Assembly: GCA_051313645.2 (NCBI GenBank)
Contig: JBNRSN020000024.1
Location: forward strand, 66,154,001 to 66,218,000
Reading direction: 5' to 3'
Length of the DNA stretch: 64,000 nt
DNA from: Centroscyllium fabricii
Taxonomy: Eukaryota
The position numbers and the translations under genes were made by a program. This document shows, piece by piece, positions 1 to 13,061 of the stretch. The number at the start of each line of letters is the position of its first letter. The stretch's first letter is position 1. The notes beneath the pieces are model-generated. The model was given only the letters and a program-made list of their open reading frames with translations, searched no databases and was not told the DNA's origin.

Positions 1-705
1 GGACGTGGACTAACTCTACCCGAGTTCTGGGAGCAACGGCCAGCGGCCTGGTTTATGTGCATCGAGACCAGCTGCCGCACACATGGCATCCAGGGGTACG
101 ACCGCTACGACCTGGTGTTCTCAGCCCTACCACAGACGACGATCGATCGGATGTGGTCAAAAATACAGCGTGTGCCCACCGCAGGCAGGTATGAATCACT
201 CAAGGCCGCGCTTATAAAAAAAATTACCCCCTCTCAATTTGAGCGCGACTGCCAGCTCCTCGACCTCCCCGAACTCGGGGACGCAGACCCATCGGACCTC
301 TTAGGTCAGATGCAAGCGCTCACACCCAACCCGGCCTCCCTCTTCCGCACCGTCTTCCTCCTTAAACTGCCCCGCGCCATCAGACCGGCCTTGGCGGCCC
401 TTGGCCAACGGAGCGATGACGAGCTCGGAGAGGAAGCCGACAGGCTCATGGAGGCGCAGCGCACCCGCTCAACCACTTGCGACCCTAACTCCGCATCGGT
501 AGAGCGCAGCCAATCACCCCCCAGGCATAACTTTACGCCTGAACCTAGGGCCCCGCGCCCACCTAGGCAACCGCGTCCCTCTAGCACCGGCTGGTGCTAC
601 TACCACACGCGGTTCGATCATAAAGCGCACCGCTGCGTCCAGCCATGCGCGTTCAAGCCACGGCCCAACTCAGCCCCCACCATGTCTGTAGGCCACAGGA
701 GCACT
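1..705 (+). CDS. gag: Gypsy Gag (5'-partial, frame 1)
   Basis: Frame 1 reads [22 protein letters not shown]... and [18 protein letters not shown] (C-X2-H-X9-C-X3-C). Confidence 0.85.
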
Positions 706-3700
706 GCTCTTTGCCACAGACAGCGGCACAGGCCTCAGGTTCCTCTGCGACACAGGCGCACAGCACAGCATCGTGCCAGCCTCCCCTGCAGAAACCAAAC
801 AAGGCACCCGGGGCCCGCCACTAGCGGCGGCCAACGGCTCCAATATAAAAACGTACGGCACCCGCAAGCTTACAATTACCCTTGCAAGCCACGCGTACAC
901 CTGGGATTTTGTAACGGCCCAGGTCACATCGCCCCTCCTCGGGGCAGATTTCCTCTGCGCCTACGGCCTACTGGTCGACTTAACCCGGCGCCGCTTGGTC
1001 AACATAAATACTATGACGACCATCCCATGCTCCACAGGGCCCGCACTCCTGGCCCACGCGGCAGCCCAATGCCGCTCCCGGGACTCCGATGCCTACGGCA
1101 CACTCCTGGCAGAGTTCCCCACCCTAACCAACCCCACGTTCACCACCCGCCAGGCCAAACACGGGGTGGAGCATTTTATTACGACCACAGGCCCTCCCGT
1201 CCATGCCCACGCCCGCAGGCTCGACCCGGCCAAGCAGGAGATAGCGCGCACCGAGTTCTGCACCATGGAGCAACTCGGTATAATCCGCCGCTCCAGCAGC
1301 CCCTGGTCCTCTCCGCTCCACATAGCCCCCAAGCCCGACGGAGGTTGGCGCCCCTGCGGCGACTACCGCCGCCTAAACAATGCCACCACCCCGGATAGGT
1401 ACCCCGTACCCCACATCCAGGATTTTTCCGCCAGATTAGCGGGCTGTACGATCTTTTCCAAGATCGACCTGGTGCGTGGCTACCACCAGGTGCCGGTACA
1501 CCCGGCGGACATTCCTAAAACGGCCATCATTACCCCCTTCGGGCTCTTCGAGTTCCTTAGGATGCCCTTCGGCCTTAAAAACGCGGCCCAGGCCTTCCAG
1601 CGCCTCATGGACTCAGTCCTACGGGACTTGAAGTTCATTTTCGTCTATTTAGACGACATCCTCGTGGCCAGCACCTCCCCCCAGGAACACCTCCTGCACC
1701 TCAGGACCCTGTTCCAGCGCCTTACCGAACACGGCCTTATCTTAAGCCCCACCAAGTGCAAATTCGGCCTCGAGACTATTGACTTCCTCGGCCACCGCAT
1801 TTCCCAAACAGGGGCCATACCCCTGCCCTCCAAGGTGCAGGCGGTACAGGAATTCCCCCGCCCGCACTCCATTAAAGGGCTGCAGGAATTCTTAGGCATG
1901 GTTAATTTTTATAACCGCTTTATCCCGGGAGCAGCCGCTCTCAAGGCCCCCTTATACCAGGCCACCCGCGGGCAGTCCAACAAGGCTGCGGTCGAGTGGA
2001 CGGCCGACGCCGCCACCGCCTTCACCGCAACTAAAACCGCCCTGGCAAACGCCACCCTCCTAGCCCACCCTAGGCCCAACGCCAGAGTAGCCCTCACCAC
2101 CGACGCCTCCGACCATGCGGTCGGGGCCATATTTGAGCAGTGGACCGGCAACTCGTGGCAGCCCCTGGCCTTTTTCAGCCGGCAACTCCGGCCCCCAGAG
2201 GTTAAATACAGCGCCTTCGATAGGGAGCTACTCGCTCTCCATCTGGCAGTGCGACACTTTCGTTTCCTCTTGGAGGGCCGCCACTTCACAGCCTTCAGCG
2301 ACCATAAGCCACTCACGTTTGCGATGGCTAAGGTCGCCGAACCCTGGTCGGCCAGGCAGCAGCGCCAACTCGCGGCCGTGTCGGAATTTACAACCGACAT
2401 CCAGCACATTTCCGGCCGCGACAACGTGGTCGCTGACTGCCTCTCACGCCCCACCATTAACGCCGCCCAAATGGCGGTCGATTACGCCCAGCTGGCCGCG
2501 GACCAGCTGGCCGACCCCGACCTGCTCAACGCAGCAGTTAATCTCCCCGGCCTCCACTTGGCCAATATCACGCACGGCCCCGCTGCCACCGTCGTCTGCT
2601 GCGACGTATCCTTGCCGCAACCCAGGCCAGTCGTACCCCACGCTTGGAGGCGACACATATTTAGGACCCTCCATGACCTGTCCCACCCCGGCGCCCGCGC
2701 GTCCATCAAATTAATCTCGGCCCAATTCGTATGGCGCGGCCTGCGCAAGGACGTCCGCGCCTGAGCCAGCTCCTGCATAGCCTGCCAGCGCTCCAAAGTA
2801 CACAAGCACATCAGGGCACCGCTGGAAACTTTTAAAGTGCCGGCCAGACGCTTTGACCACGTCCATATCGATCTCGTCGGGCCACTACCGCCATCCCGGG
2901 GCCACACGCACCTAATGACCATGGTCGACCGCAACACTCGCTGGCTAGAAGCAGTCCCTCTCACTGCCACCGGCACCACGGACTTGGCCAGGGCATTCAT
3001 CGCCACCTGGGTCGCCCGCTTCGGCGTGCCCACAGACATCACCTCCGACAGAGGACCCCAGTTTACGTCGGCATTATGGGCGGCCATCGCCCGCGACCTT
3101 GGGGTTACACTACACCGAACCACCGCATACCACCCACAGGCGAACGGCCTATGCGAACGGTTCCACCGCTCAATGAAGGCATCACTACGAGCCACACTAA
3201 AGGACGCATCGTGGACCGACCGCCTTCCATGGGTTCTCCTCGGGCTGCGCTCGGCAGTCAAGGAAGACCTAAACGCCTCGGCAGCAGAGCTCGTCTACGG
3301 CCAAACTTTAACGGTACCGGGCGAGTTCCTGGCTGAGCCCAACGCTCCCTGGTCAGCCGACCAGTATTTAAAAGACTTCGCCAACCCGGCACGAGCTTTC
3401 CAGCCACTACCAGTGGCCCGGCACAGAGAGCCGGCAGCTCGGGTGCTGGACGACATTAAAAAAGCTAAATTTGTGTTCGTCCGGCGCGACGGACACCGAT
3501 CTCCACTACAGCCACCGTACGATGGCCCCTACAGAGTGCTTCGGGCGGGAGCTAAAGCTTTTGAATTACAAATGGGCAACAGGACTGACACTGTGACAAT
3601 AGACCGGCTCAAGCCGGCGCACGTTATAGCGGGTGAGACAACGGTCCCCGCACAACCACCACAACGCGGTCGCCCTCCCGCAACAAAACACGCCCACACT

Positions 3701-3772
3701 CCACCGCAGAACCAGGAGCAACAGACAACATGGTCCGGCCGCATCATCCGGCCACCCCAACGGCACACATAG
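692..3772 (+). pseudogene. pol: Gypsy Pol (protease, RT, RNase H, integrase) with in-frame TGA at 2762-2764
   Basis: FLCDTGA protease; [18 protein letters not shown] and YLDD in RT; TDASD RNase H; HHCC zinc finger broken at DVRA*ASSCIACQ; integrase HIDLVG/SDRGPQF/GLCERF; GPY motif; TAG at 3770-3772. Confidence 0.93.
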
Positions 3773-3814
3773 ACTCTGTCACTATTCCTCCCGGACGGAT
3801 TCTGGGGGGAGCTG

Positions 3815-4061
3815 TGTGGCGGCACGCTCACTGAGACATCGAATCCGCCACGGGAACTCCGCGGAGCGAAGCCCCGCTCATCCGGGTGACGCGACGACGT
3901 CACCACGTCGGCCGACGCGATGACGTCACCAACCGCGGGACTGTTTAAATACGCTTGTTGCGAGTGGTTCACTCTCTTTTTTGTTTTGCTTAGTATATTA
4001 AAGCTGTGTTTTCTCTAGCTCTGGCTCACGTGTAGTTCCTAGACCCTGCCGGCGCGCTACA
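3815..4061 (+). repeat. 3' LTR (~247 bp)
   Basis: Preceded by PPT GGGGGGAG (3804-3811); ends TGTGGCG...CGCTACA; contains TGACGTCA, TTTAAATA and ATTAAA. Confidence 0.85.
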
Positions 4062-4095
4062 ACATCACCTTTTAAAAATTATTTGAAATGACAAT

Positions 4096-4838
4096 GGCCC
4101 AAAAATTAGAGTGACCACGGGCCATTCTGGAGCCACTTACTCACGAGTGTGGGCTCCGAATTGCAGGTAGACACTATTTCCCGGTGCTACCTGCAATTCC
4201 GATGAAGGCCAGCGGGGGGTCGCGAGCTGCAGCGAGCTGTATCGCGTTCGCCTGTGCACCAGGAGGTGCGCAGTAGGATTCCTATTTTTTTTTTTCTAAG
4301 AGTTTTTTTATCTGTGTAAGTATCGAAAAAGTTATGCTGAAAAATATCAGCTGTAACGATCTCTTTTTATCAGGTAAGTGTTTTATTTTATAGAATTTAG
4401 GGGTTTTTTTTGTTTTTTTTTTAAACAGGTTTTTACTTTTTTTAAACTTAAAAGACAGGTAAGTATTTTTTTAGGCCAGCTAAAAACTTTAAATTAAAAA
4501 AAAATCTCTTTAAATAGAGTATTGTTAAAAAATGTGGTGCTTTTTAAATTTTATTTTTGTGTTTAGATGTGTTTTTGAAGCTCTTCCTTTTCATAACTTA
4601 CACAGATTTCTCCATGTAAGTTATGAATGGAGGATTGCTTCCATTCATTGGCTCCCCACAGATCACGTGGCCCCGCGCGAACTACGTCATTGAGTTGCCT
4701 CAGCACGGCGCCTGGAGCCTGAAGCAACACTCCAATTCGGAATTTCACATCGCAGAATTGGAGAACGGCAGGAGCGCAGGGCAAGTGGACCTCGGAGGCA
4801 TACACGCGCAGGAAGCCTCCGAAGCTAATTTTTGGGCC
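4096..4838. mobile_element. Non-autonomous DNA transposon (MITE), PIF/Harbinger-superfamily-like
   Basis: Perfect 14-bp TIR GGCCCAAAAATTAG/CTAATTTTTGGGCC; flanks AAT/ATT; related to 49052-49788. Confidence 0.75.
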
Positions 4839-6345
4839 ATTAAATTAAATATTTTAAACAAAAATTTAATTTTTTGAATTATTATTTTTTTTAAACGGGG
4901 CTAAAGATAAACATACCTTTTTTAAAACAAGTATTTTAAAATGATAAATGAGTGGAAACAATTTTTTGATTACTTTTTTCAACTTTTACCCTGGTAAAAA
5001 CAGGCCTCACATCGGAGAGCATTCTTGACAGTTTTCAGTGCATGCACCTTACATGCCTGAAACCAGCATTTCTAATGTCCCTAGGGGTGCATACACAGCG
5101 CGTACACACCCGTAGGGATCGGAATATACGGCCCAAATTGTTTGCACAAAAGCAATGAAGATATACAATAATGAGATTTTGGAAAGGATTTAGTGCTTTG
5201 GATTTTGAAATACTCTTGCAAAATATTTAAAAATCACTAAAATGTAAAAGAAAACCAAGTGGAAATTGTTGCCTTTTTATTTTGTTTCAAAACTGGCAAA
5301 GCATCCAAAAAAAAAAAGATTAGGTAGACGACACACTTGCTTCTACATTAAAACATAAAATGCATTAACAAACTGAAAATATAAGAGTTTTATTGACTTG
5401 CTTTATGAAATATGAACCAGAAACACTTCTGTGGGTTTGCAGTATCAAAGCCAAATGAAAAGCATCATAGTTAAACTAAAAAAAATATTTACAAAAATGA
5501 CAAATTGTTAAAAAAAAATCAGAGGCACTCGAGACTGGAACATATCTTGCTGACCTAATTATTTTCCATCTTTTATATCTGAATAATGAGCAACTGGAAC
5601 ATCACTTTTTCTAAATCAGCCATTTTTAAATCTCTTCAGAAAACAACAGTTCACAGGGGTCAAATCTACACAGCACAAATACAAGTGAAGGCCCACTGAG
5701 TGCACTTTGTACGTGCAGTCTTCAACCTTAAAAAAAATCATTTAAAACAGTGACTTTATTCTAGACATGTCGGAAATTGAAATCGACATAAAACTGTGAA
5801 TTTAAATAAAATTTGCTCTGTGTGTTGAATCTGAATAAGAACATAAGAAATAGGAGCAGGAGTCGGCCATTCGGCCCCTCGAGCCTGCCCCGCCATTCAA
5901 TGAGATCATGGCTGATCTGATCTTGGCCTCAACTCCACTTTCCCGCCCGCTTCCCATAACCCTTGACTCCCCTGCAGCTCAAATATCTGTCCATCTCCGC
6001 CTTGAATATATTCACTGACTCAGCCTCCACAGCTCTCTGGGGTAGAGAATTCCAAAGATTCATGACCCTCAGAGAGAAGAAATTCCTCCTCATTTCTGTC
6101 TTAAATGGGCCACACCATATCCTGAAACTAAGCCCCCTTGTTTTAGATATCCCCCACGAGGGGGAAACATCCTCTCAGCATCTACCCTGTCGAGCCCCCT
6201 CAGAATCTTATATGTTTCAATAAGATCACCTCTCATTCTTCTAAACTCCAATGAGTATCGGCCCAACCTGCTCAACCTTTCCTCATAAGACAACCCTTTC
6301 ATCTCAGGAAACAACCGAGTGAACCGTCGCTGAACACCCTCCAAT

Positions 6346-6598
6346 GTAGTCCAAAGTTGTGCGGGTTAGGTTGATTGGCCAGGATAAATTGACCCTTAGT
6401 GTTCGGGGGATTAAATATGTGGGGTTATGGGGATAGGGTGGGATATGTGTCGGTGCAAGCTCGATAGGGATCGAGGGATATGGGGAGAGGGCAGGGGCGG
6501 GGTGCTGGGTTTGGATGATCGGCCATGATCTCATTGAATGGCGGAGCAGGCTCGAAGGGCTGAATGGCCTACTCCTGCTCCTATCTTCTATGTTTCTA
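6346..6598 (+). mobile_element. 5'-truncated HE1-type V-SINE nested in CR1
   Basis: Matches the 3' half of 59899-60300; CR1-derived tail ...CTCCTGCTCCTATCTTCTATGTTTCTA. Confidence 0.85.
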
Positions 6599-7193
6599 TC
6601 CCTCCTTAAATAAGGTGACCAGAACTGTGTACAGTACTCCAGGTGTGGTCTCACCAATGCCCTGTACAGTTGTAGCAAGACTTCCCTACTTTTATACTCC
6701 ATTCCCCCTAGCAATTAAGGCCAAGATTCTATTTGCGTTCCTAATCACTTGCTGTACCTGCATGCCAACTTTTTGTGTTTCATGTACTACGACACCCAGA
6801 TCCTTCTGTACCACAGCATTCTGTAGTCTCACTCCAGTTAAATAATATTTTGCCTTTATATTCTTCCTACCAAAGTGGATAATCTCACATTTTTCCACAT
6901 TATACAGCATCTACCAAATTTGTGCCCACTCACCTAACCTATCTATATCCCTTTGCAGACTCTGTCCTCCTCACAACTTGCTTTCCCACCTATCTTTGAA
7001 TCGTCAACAAATTTGGCTACAGTACACTCGATCGCTTCATCCAAGTCATTAACAGAGATTATAAGTAGTTGGGGCCCCAGCACGGATCCCTGTGGCACCT
7101 CGGTAGTTACAGATTGCCAACCTGAAAATGATCGATTTATCCAGACTCTGTTTTCTGCTAGTTAGCCAAACCTCTATCCATGCTAATATATTA

Positions 7194-7609
7194 CAGGTAC
7201 ACAATCATTTATCCGAAACCCTTGGGACCGGATGGGTCTCGGATTTTTTCAGATGGTGCCCAGTGCGCATGCGCTCTGCGCATTGCTGTGTTGGCGGCCC
7301 AATGCGCAGACGCGGAACAGTGCTCTGCGCATGCCCATTGCCGTGTTGGCGGCCCAGTGCGCAGACGCGGAACGGCTCTCTGCGCATTGCCGTCCTCTGA
7401 AATTGAAGAGACGCTCCCGGGAGGCGGTAGGAGATTGTGGGCTCGGGGAGGAATTGGACCCGCGGGTGGGCTGGAAACCCGGTGTAGGCCTCAGGCCCCG
7501 ATTAGATTTAGGTTTGTGCTCCAAAACGGGTCATGTGATGCTCCGAAAAAACTTTCGGTTTTCGGAGCTTTTCGGTTTTTGGAGTTGCAGATAAAGGATT
7601 GTGTACCTG
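7194..7609. mobile_element. Tigger/pogo-type MITE, CAGGTACACAATC TIR subfamily
   Basis: TIR CAGGTACACAATC.TTTATC; TA TSD; interrupts CR1 at AATATAT-TA-CCCCC. Confidence 0.9.
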
Positions 7610-8059
7610 TACCCCCAACACCGTGAGCTCTTGTGCAGTAACCTTTTATGTGGCACCCTATCAAAATCCAAATACACTACATCTACTAGTTCCCCTTGAT
7701 CCACTCTGCTCGTTACATCCTCAAAGAACTCTAAAAAAAAATGTCAAACACGATTTCCCTTTCATAAAACAATGTTGACTCTGCTTGATTGTATTATGCT
7801 TTTCTAAATGTCCCGCTACTGCTCCCTTAATAATGGATTCCAGCATTTTCCCAACAACAGATGTTAGGCTAACTGGCCTATAGTTTCCTGCTTTCTGTCT
7901 CCCTCCTTTCTTGAATTGGGGCGTTACATTTGCAGTTTTCCAATCAGCTTGGACCTTTCCAGAATCTAGGGTATTTTGGAAGATCACAACCAATGCATCC
8001 ACTATCTCTGCAGCCACCTCTTTTAAGACCCTCGGATGCAGGCCATCAGGTCCGGGGTA

Positions 8060-8365
8060 TACAGAAACACAGAAGATAGGAGCAGGAGTAGGCCATTCGG
8101 CCCTTCGAGCCTGCTCCGCCATTTTGATGAGATCATGGCTGATCATCCAAACCCAGCACCCCCTCCTACCCTCTCCCCATATCCCCCGACACCCCCAACT
8201 CTAAGAACTATATCTCACACACATACCCATGGGCAATTTTAGTATCTCCAATTCACCTAACCTGCATGTCTTTGGGTGCTGGGAGGAAACCGAGTACCCG
8301 GAGGAAACCCACACGAACACGGGGAGAACATGCAAACTCCACGCAGAGGTGTCCCGGGCCAAGCA
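8060..8365 (-). mobile_element. V-SINE (second subfamily), truncated, nested in CR1
   Basis: Reverse complement of 50281-50643; V-domain present. Confidence 0.85.
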
Positions 8366-10514
8366 AAATTGTCAGCCTTTAGTCCCATTAGTTTGCCTTG
8401 TACATTTTCTCTAGTAATAGTGATTGTTTTAAATTCCTCCCTCCCTTTTGTCCCTTGATTATCTACTATTATTGGGTTGGGATGCTTTTAGTGTCTTCTA
8501 CCGTGAAGACAGATACAAAATATTTGTTCAAAGTCTCTGCCATTTCCTTGTTCCCATTATTAATTCCCCAGTCTCATCCTCTAAGGGACTAACGTTAACT
8601 TTAGCTACACTCTTCCTTTTTATATACTTGTAGAAGCTCTTACTGTCCGTTTTTACATTTCTTGCTAGTTTACTCTCAATCTATTTTCTCCCTCTTTACA
8701 ATTTTTTAAGTCATCCTTTGCTGGTTTCTAAAAATGTCCCAATTTTCTGGTCTACCACTAATCTTCGCAACATTGTATGCCTTTTCTTTCAATTTGATAC
8801 CGTCCTTAACTTCCTTCTCGTAGAGTCTTTCTTTCTTACTGGAATATATATTTGTTAAGAGTTATGAAATATCCCCTTAAATGTCTGCCACTGCTTATCT
8901 AAAGTCTTACCATGTCTTCATGCCTTTGGAATTGCTTTTACATAAGTTTAAGACATTAGTTTCAGATCCAAGTTTCTCACCCTCAAACTGAAAGTGAAAT
9001 TCTAACATGTTATGATCACTCTTCCCCAGAAGATCCTTCACTATGAGATTAACCCTGTCTCATTACACATTACCAGATCTAAAATAGCCTGTTCCCTGGT
9101 CAGTTCCACATCGTATTGTTCGAAGAAACCGTCCCCAATACACTATAAACTCATCATCAAGGCTACCATTGCCAATTTGATTTGTCCAATCGATATGAAA
9201 ATTAAAATCACTCATGATTATTTCAGTACCTTTCTTATAAGCCCCCATTATTTCTTGACTTATACTTTGTCCAACAGTGTAGCTACTGTTAGAGGGCCTA
9301 TAGACTACTCCCACCAGTGACTTCTTTCACTTTCTATTTCTTATTTCTATCCAAACTGATTCTACATCTTGATCTTCTAAGCCAAGGTCATTTCTCACTT
9401 CGGTACTGATCTCACCCTTTATTAACAGAGCTACCCCACCCACCTCCTTTTCCTTTCTGCCTATCCTTCCAAAATGTCAAATACCCCTGAATATTTAGTT
9501 CCTGGTCTTGGTCACCTTGCAACCATGTCTCTATAATGGCAATCAGATCATACCCATTTATTTCTATTTGTGCCATCAATTCATCTATCTTGATACGAAT
9601 TCTGCGTGAATTCAGATAAAGAGCTTTCAATTTTGTCTTTTTAACATTTTTCCCTACTCTGACCCTATTTACAGGTACACTCTTATGTTTGTACGCTCTG
9701 TCCCTTCGTGTCACACTCTGGTTCATTGCTCCTGTCGCTGCCCTGCACGATTGCCTTGTCCTTTCTCTTTATTTCTAAATTTCCCCTCACCTGACCCTCC
9801 CCCCCCTATTTAGTTTAAAACTATCTACAGCCCTAGTTATTTGATTCAACAGGACACTGGTCCCAGCATGGTTCAAGTGAAGCCCATCCCAACGGAACAG
9901 CTCCCTCTTTCCCCAGTACTGGTCCCAGTGCCCAATGAATTGAAACCCATTTCTCCCACACCACACTGAGCCATGTATTCAAACCTCTGATCTTATTGAC
10001 CCTGTTAATTTGCTCGTGGCTCAGGTAGTAATCCAGACATTACCACCTTTGTGGTTCTGCTTTTTTAAATTTAGCCCCGAGCTGCTCATACTCCCTCAGC
10101 AGAACTTCGTTCTTAGTCTTACCTATGTCGTTGGTACCTATGTGGACCACGACAACTGGATCCTCACCTTCCCACTCCAAGTTCTTCTCCAGCCAGGTGA
10201 TGTCCTTAAACCAACTTGCTCATTTGAAAATAAAAACTGTATCTGATCGAGTCAATTTTGAAGTCTAAATTGAAAGAAGTATTTTAAGTTAAGAGTTGGT
10301 AAGACAGCATTTGCGGATGTTGTTAATGACCCCCCTTTTAAAGGAATTCAGAGTCTGGCTAGACGAAGTCACTTCATTAAGACCAATATAGATGAGAAAA
10401 GCCAATCCTAGCTCATCCATCTAGGCAGACCCGACAATTCCCCTCCCATCGGACATCCAATGCTTGAAGATGTCAGAACTGCACCCAATGCTGATAAATC
10501 GGTGTTGATAATTT

Positions 10515-11455
10515 AAAAAAATTAATTCTTGGGATACGGGCGCTGCTAGCAAGGCCAGCATTTATTTCCCATCCCTAGTTGCCCTTGAGATGATGGCGGT
10601 GAGCCGCCTTCTTGAACTGCTGCAGTCCGTGTGGTGAAGTTACTCTCACAGTGATGTTAGGTAGGGAGTTCCAGAATTTTGACCCAGTAACTATGAAGTC
10701 AGGAAGGTGTGAGACTTGAGGTGATAGCGTACGCATGCGCCTGCTGCCCTTGTCGTTCTAGTTGGTAGAGGTTGCAAGTTTGGGTGGTGCTGTCGAAGAA
10801 GCCTTGGCGAAATGCTGCAGTGCATCTTGTAGATGGTACACAATGCAGTTACAGTGCCATTTACTTTACATGAGGGAAAAGGAATATGGCTGACAAAAGA
10901 GCAGCTTCAGAATTTTAATTTTTGTTTTTAAATTGCTCCGTTGCACCACTTGCTGGCTGCATGTAGACTCAAAGCATTTTTCCCCCACCAGCCTGTGGTA
11001 GAGGTGTTCAAGGTGGTGGATGGGGTGCCGATGAAGCGGACTGTTTTGTACTGGATGGTGCCAAATTTCTTGTGTGTTGTTGCAGCTGCACCCATCCAGA
11101 GTATTCCATCACACAATTGACTTGTGCCTTGTAGGTGGTGGAGAGGCTCTGTTGAGTTGGGGTGAGCCAATCGCCGCAGAACTCCAAACCTCTGACCTGC
11201 TCTAATAGCCACGGTTTTTAAGTGGCTGATCTAGTTGAGTCTCTGGTCAATGGTGAACCCCAGGATGTTGAAGACGGGGGAGTTGCTAATGGTAATGCCA
11301 CTGAATGCCAAAGGGAGGTGGTTAGGCCCTCACTTGTTGGAGATGGGTCATTGCCTGGCACTTGTGTGGTGTGAGTGTTACTTGCCACTTATTAACCCCA
11401 GCTGGATGTTGTCAAGGTCTCGCTGCATGTGGGCATGGACTGCTTCATTATACTA
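10515..11455 (-). mobile_element. Non-LTR retrotransposon 3' fragment (CR1/L2 group, different family)
   Basis: Remnants AGQRFGVLRRL and WMGAAATTHKKFGTIQYK; the same tail also occurs at 31960-32035. Confidence 0.7.
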
Positions 11456-12259
11456 ATACTTAGCATAAAACCTAGACTCACCGTGAGCAATGCCATGGTA
11501 GATTTGCATACACATAACAGTGGACTGGCAGTAGCAGAGAAGGTGGCTGAGAGTGGGCTACAAGAGGAGAAAGCCTCGAACGCCAGGGAAAAGTAGCCTT
11601 AGGGCTGAATTTTGCCGGCACTCAGAGGACGGGTTCGGAGGCGGGTCTGCTGTCAAAATCCAAAAGATTGACAGCGGGGTGGTATCCCGGTAAGAATGTC
11701 ATGTTATTTATTTTACACGAGGGAAAGCAATACGGCTGACAAAACAGCAGCTTCAGAATTATTTTTTTTTATTGCTCCGTTGCACCACTGCATGTAGACT
11801 CAAAGCATTTGTCCCCCCAATATATTTGTCTGTGACTGTAACACTTCAGTGAAATTAACACTGAAAATCCTATTAGAGCACCAACTACAGGTATCATGGG
11901 GGATGGTTACAGGTAGATGTGGACACATTTAACATAAGTCCAAAGGAGGCGGTTCACATAGGGCTCATCAACACGTGATTTTTAAATATCATTCCTCGAT
12001 GCCACAGTAGGCAGTGACTGCGGTCATACTACCTGTACCATGATTAAATCGTGTAACTAGTAACTGAATATTACCCAAACTAATTTCACCAAGTACTCTT
12101 GAAGACAGCAATATTCCTAACTCTTGTATTTTATACATTGGTATGACATTATCATGCTTTCCTCGTGATTTAGCTCACCCACACCCCTTAAATGTGTTCT
12201 ATATTACCAGGAGTTCTGTGCCAGAATGTGTACTGGATAATTTTCTCATTAACTTTGCT

Positions 12260-12690
12260 TCATCCAGCAACCACAGCTGAAACGCAGACACTTTTGTCAT
12301 CTCCAGACTTGATTATTACTCTGCCCTTCTTGCTAGCCTCCCAGCCTCCATAAACTCCAACTTGTCCAAAACTCTGCTGTCGGTATTCTGTTCTGCAAAT
12401 GTTCCACTCGTTCATCCTCGCTAACTTACATGGATTTCCTGTCCCCCCCACCCCCCCACCCAACAAATACAATAAATTTGAAATCCTTGTCCTCATCTTC
12501 AAATCTTGTCATAGGCTTACCCCACCTAATCTCTGCTTTAGATCCTCTCCCATATCGCTCAGTCCTCTGACTCTGGCATTTTGTGCATCCCGCTCCGTGA
12601 CAGATCTATCAGCTGCCTCAGCCAAACTGTCTGAAGCTGCTTCCCTAATCCCTCTGCCTCGCCACACCTTTAAATACCTGTTCAAAACAG
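12260..12690 (+). mobile_element. Old L2 LINE fragment
   Basis: TTTGTCATCTCCAGACTTGATTA (FVISRLDY); similar to 47850-49940. Confidence 0.6.
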
Positions 12691-12837
12691 ACAGATGTGA
12701 CATCAAGATTGCAATCTGATTTCAGGGCTCAAAGGATGTTCACAAACAGCCAGAGCTTTAGTCTCGTAGTTTTTGGCAGCCCCTCAACTGTATTACAGAT
12801 GTAATCACTTCCTTCTGTCCATTACAGATTACAAATA

Positions 12838-13061
12838 GCAGAAAATGCTGGAAAAACTCAGCAGGCCAGGCAGCATCGGTGGAGAGAAACAGAGTTAACA
12901 TTTCAGGTTCGGACCCTTTGTCAAAACTAAACTAAAGTTTTGACAAAGGGTCCGAACCCAAAACGTCGACTCTTTCTCTCCACCGATGTTGCCTGGCCTG
13001 CTGAGTTTTTCTAGCATTGTTATTTCGGATTTCCAACATCTGCAGTATTTTGCTATCATAT
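12838..13061. mobile_element. Palindromic mini Penelope-like insertion (family 2) with hammerhead-like cores
   Basis: Inverted arms around loop 12929-12935; 3' tail; TSD ATTACAAATA at 12828-12837 and 13062-13071. Confidence 0.8.

Larger units (their letters stand above)
1..4061 (+). mobile_element. Ty3/Gypsy LTR retrotransposon, CsRn1-like clade (5' LTR outside window), antisense in a TAOK1 intron
   Basis: gag with LPEFW..PAAWF and CHCC knuckle; pol order PR-RT-RH-IN; PPT followed by a 3' LTR. Confidence 0.95.
5838..10215 (-). mobile_element. Long degraded CR1 (HER1-like) LINE: ORF1 esterase remnant, APE, RT and 3' tail; interrupted by two SINEs and a MITE
   Basis: 3' tail at 5838; RPHLEYC; [16 protein letters not shown]; APE LYLNSRRI..IETWL (9412-9726); DPVVVVHIGTNDIGK near 10120-10160. 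Confidence 0.9.

Noticed and set aside
706-1398. Gag frame staying open for ~230 further codons over pol
   Set aside because: No recognisable domain; expected in GC-rich sequence in the shifted frame of pol.
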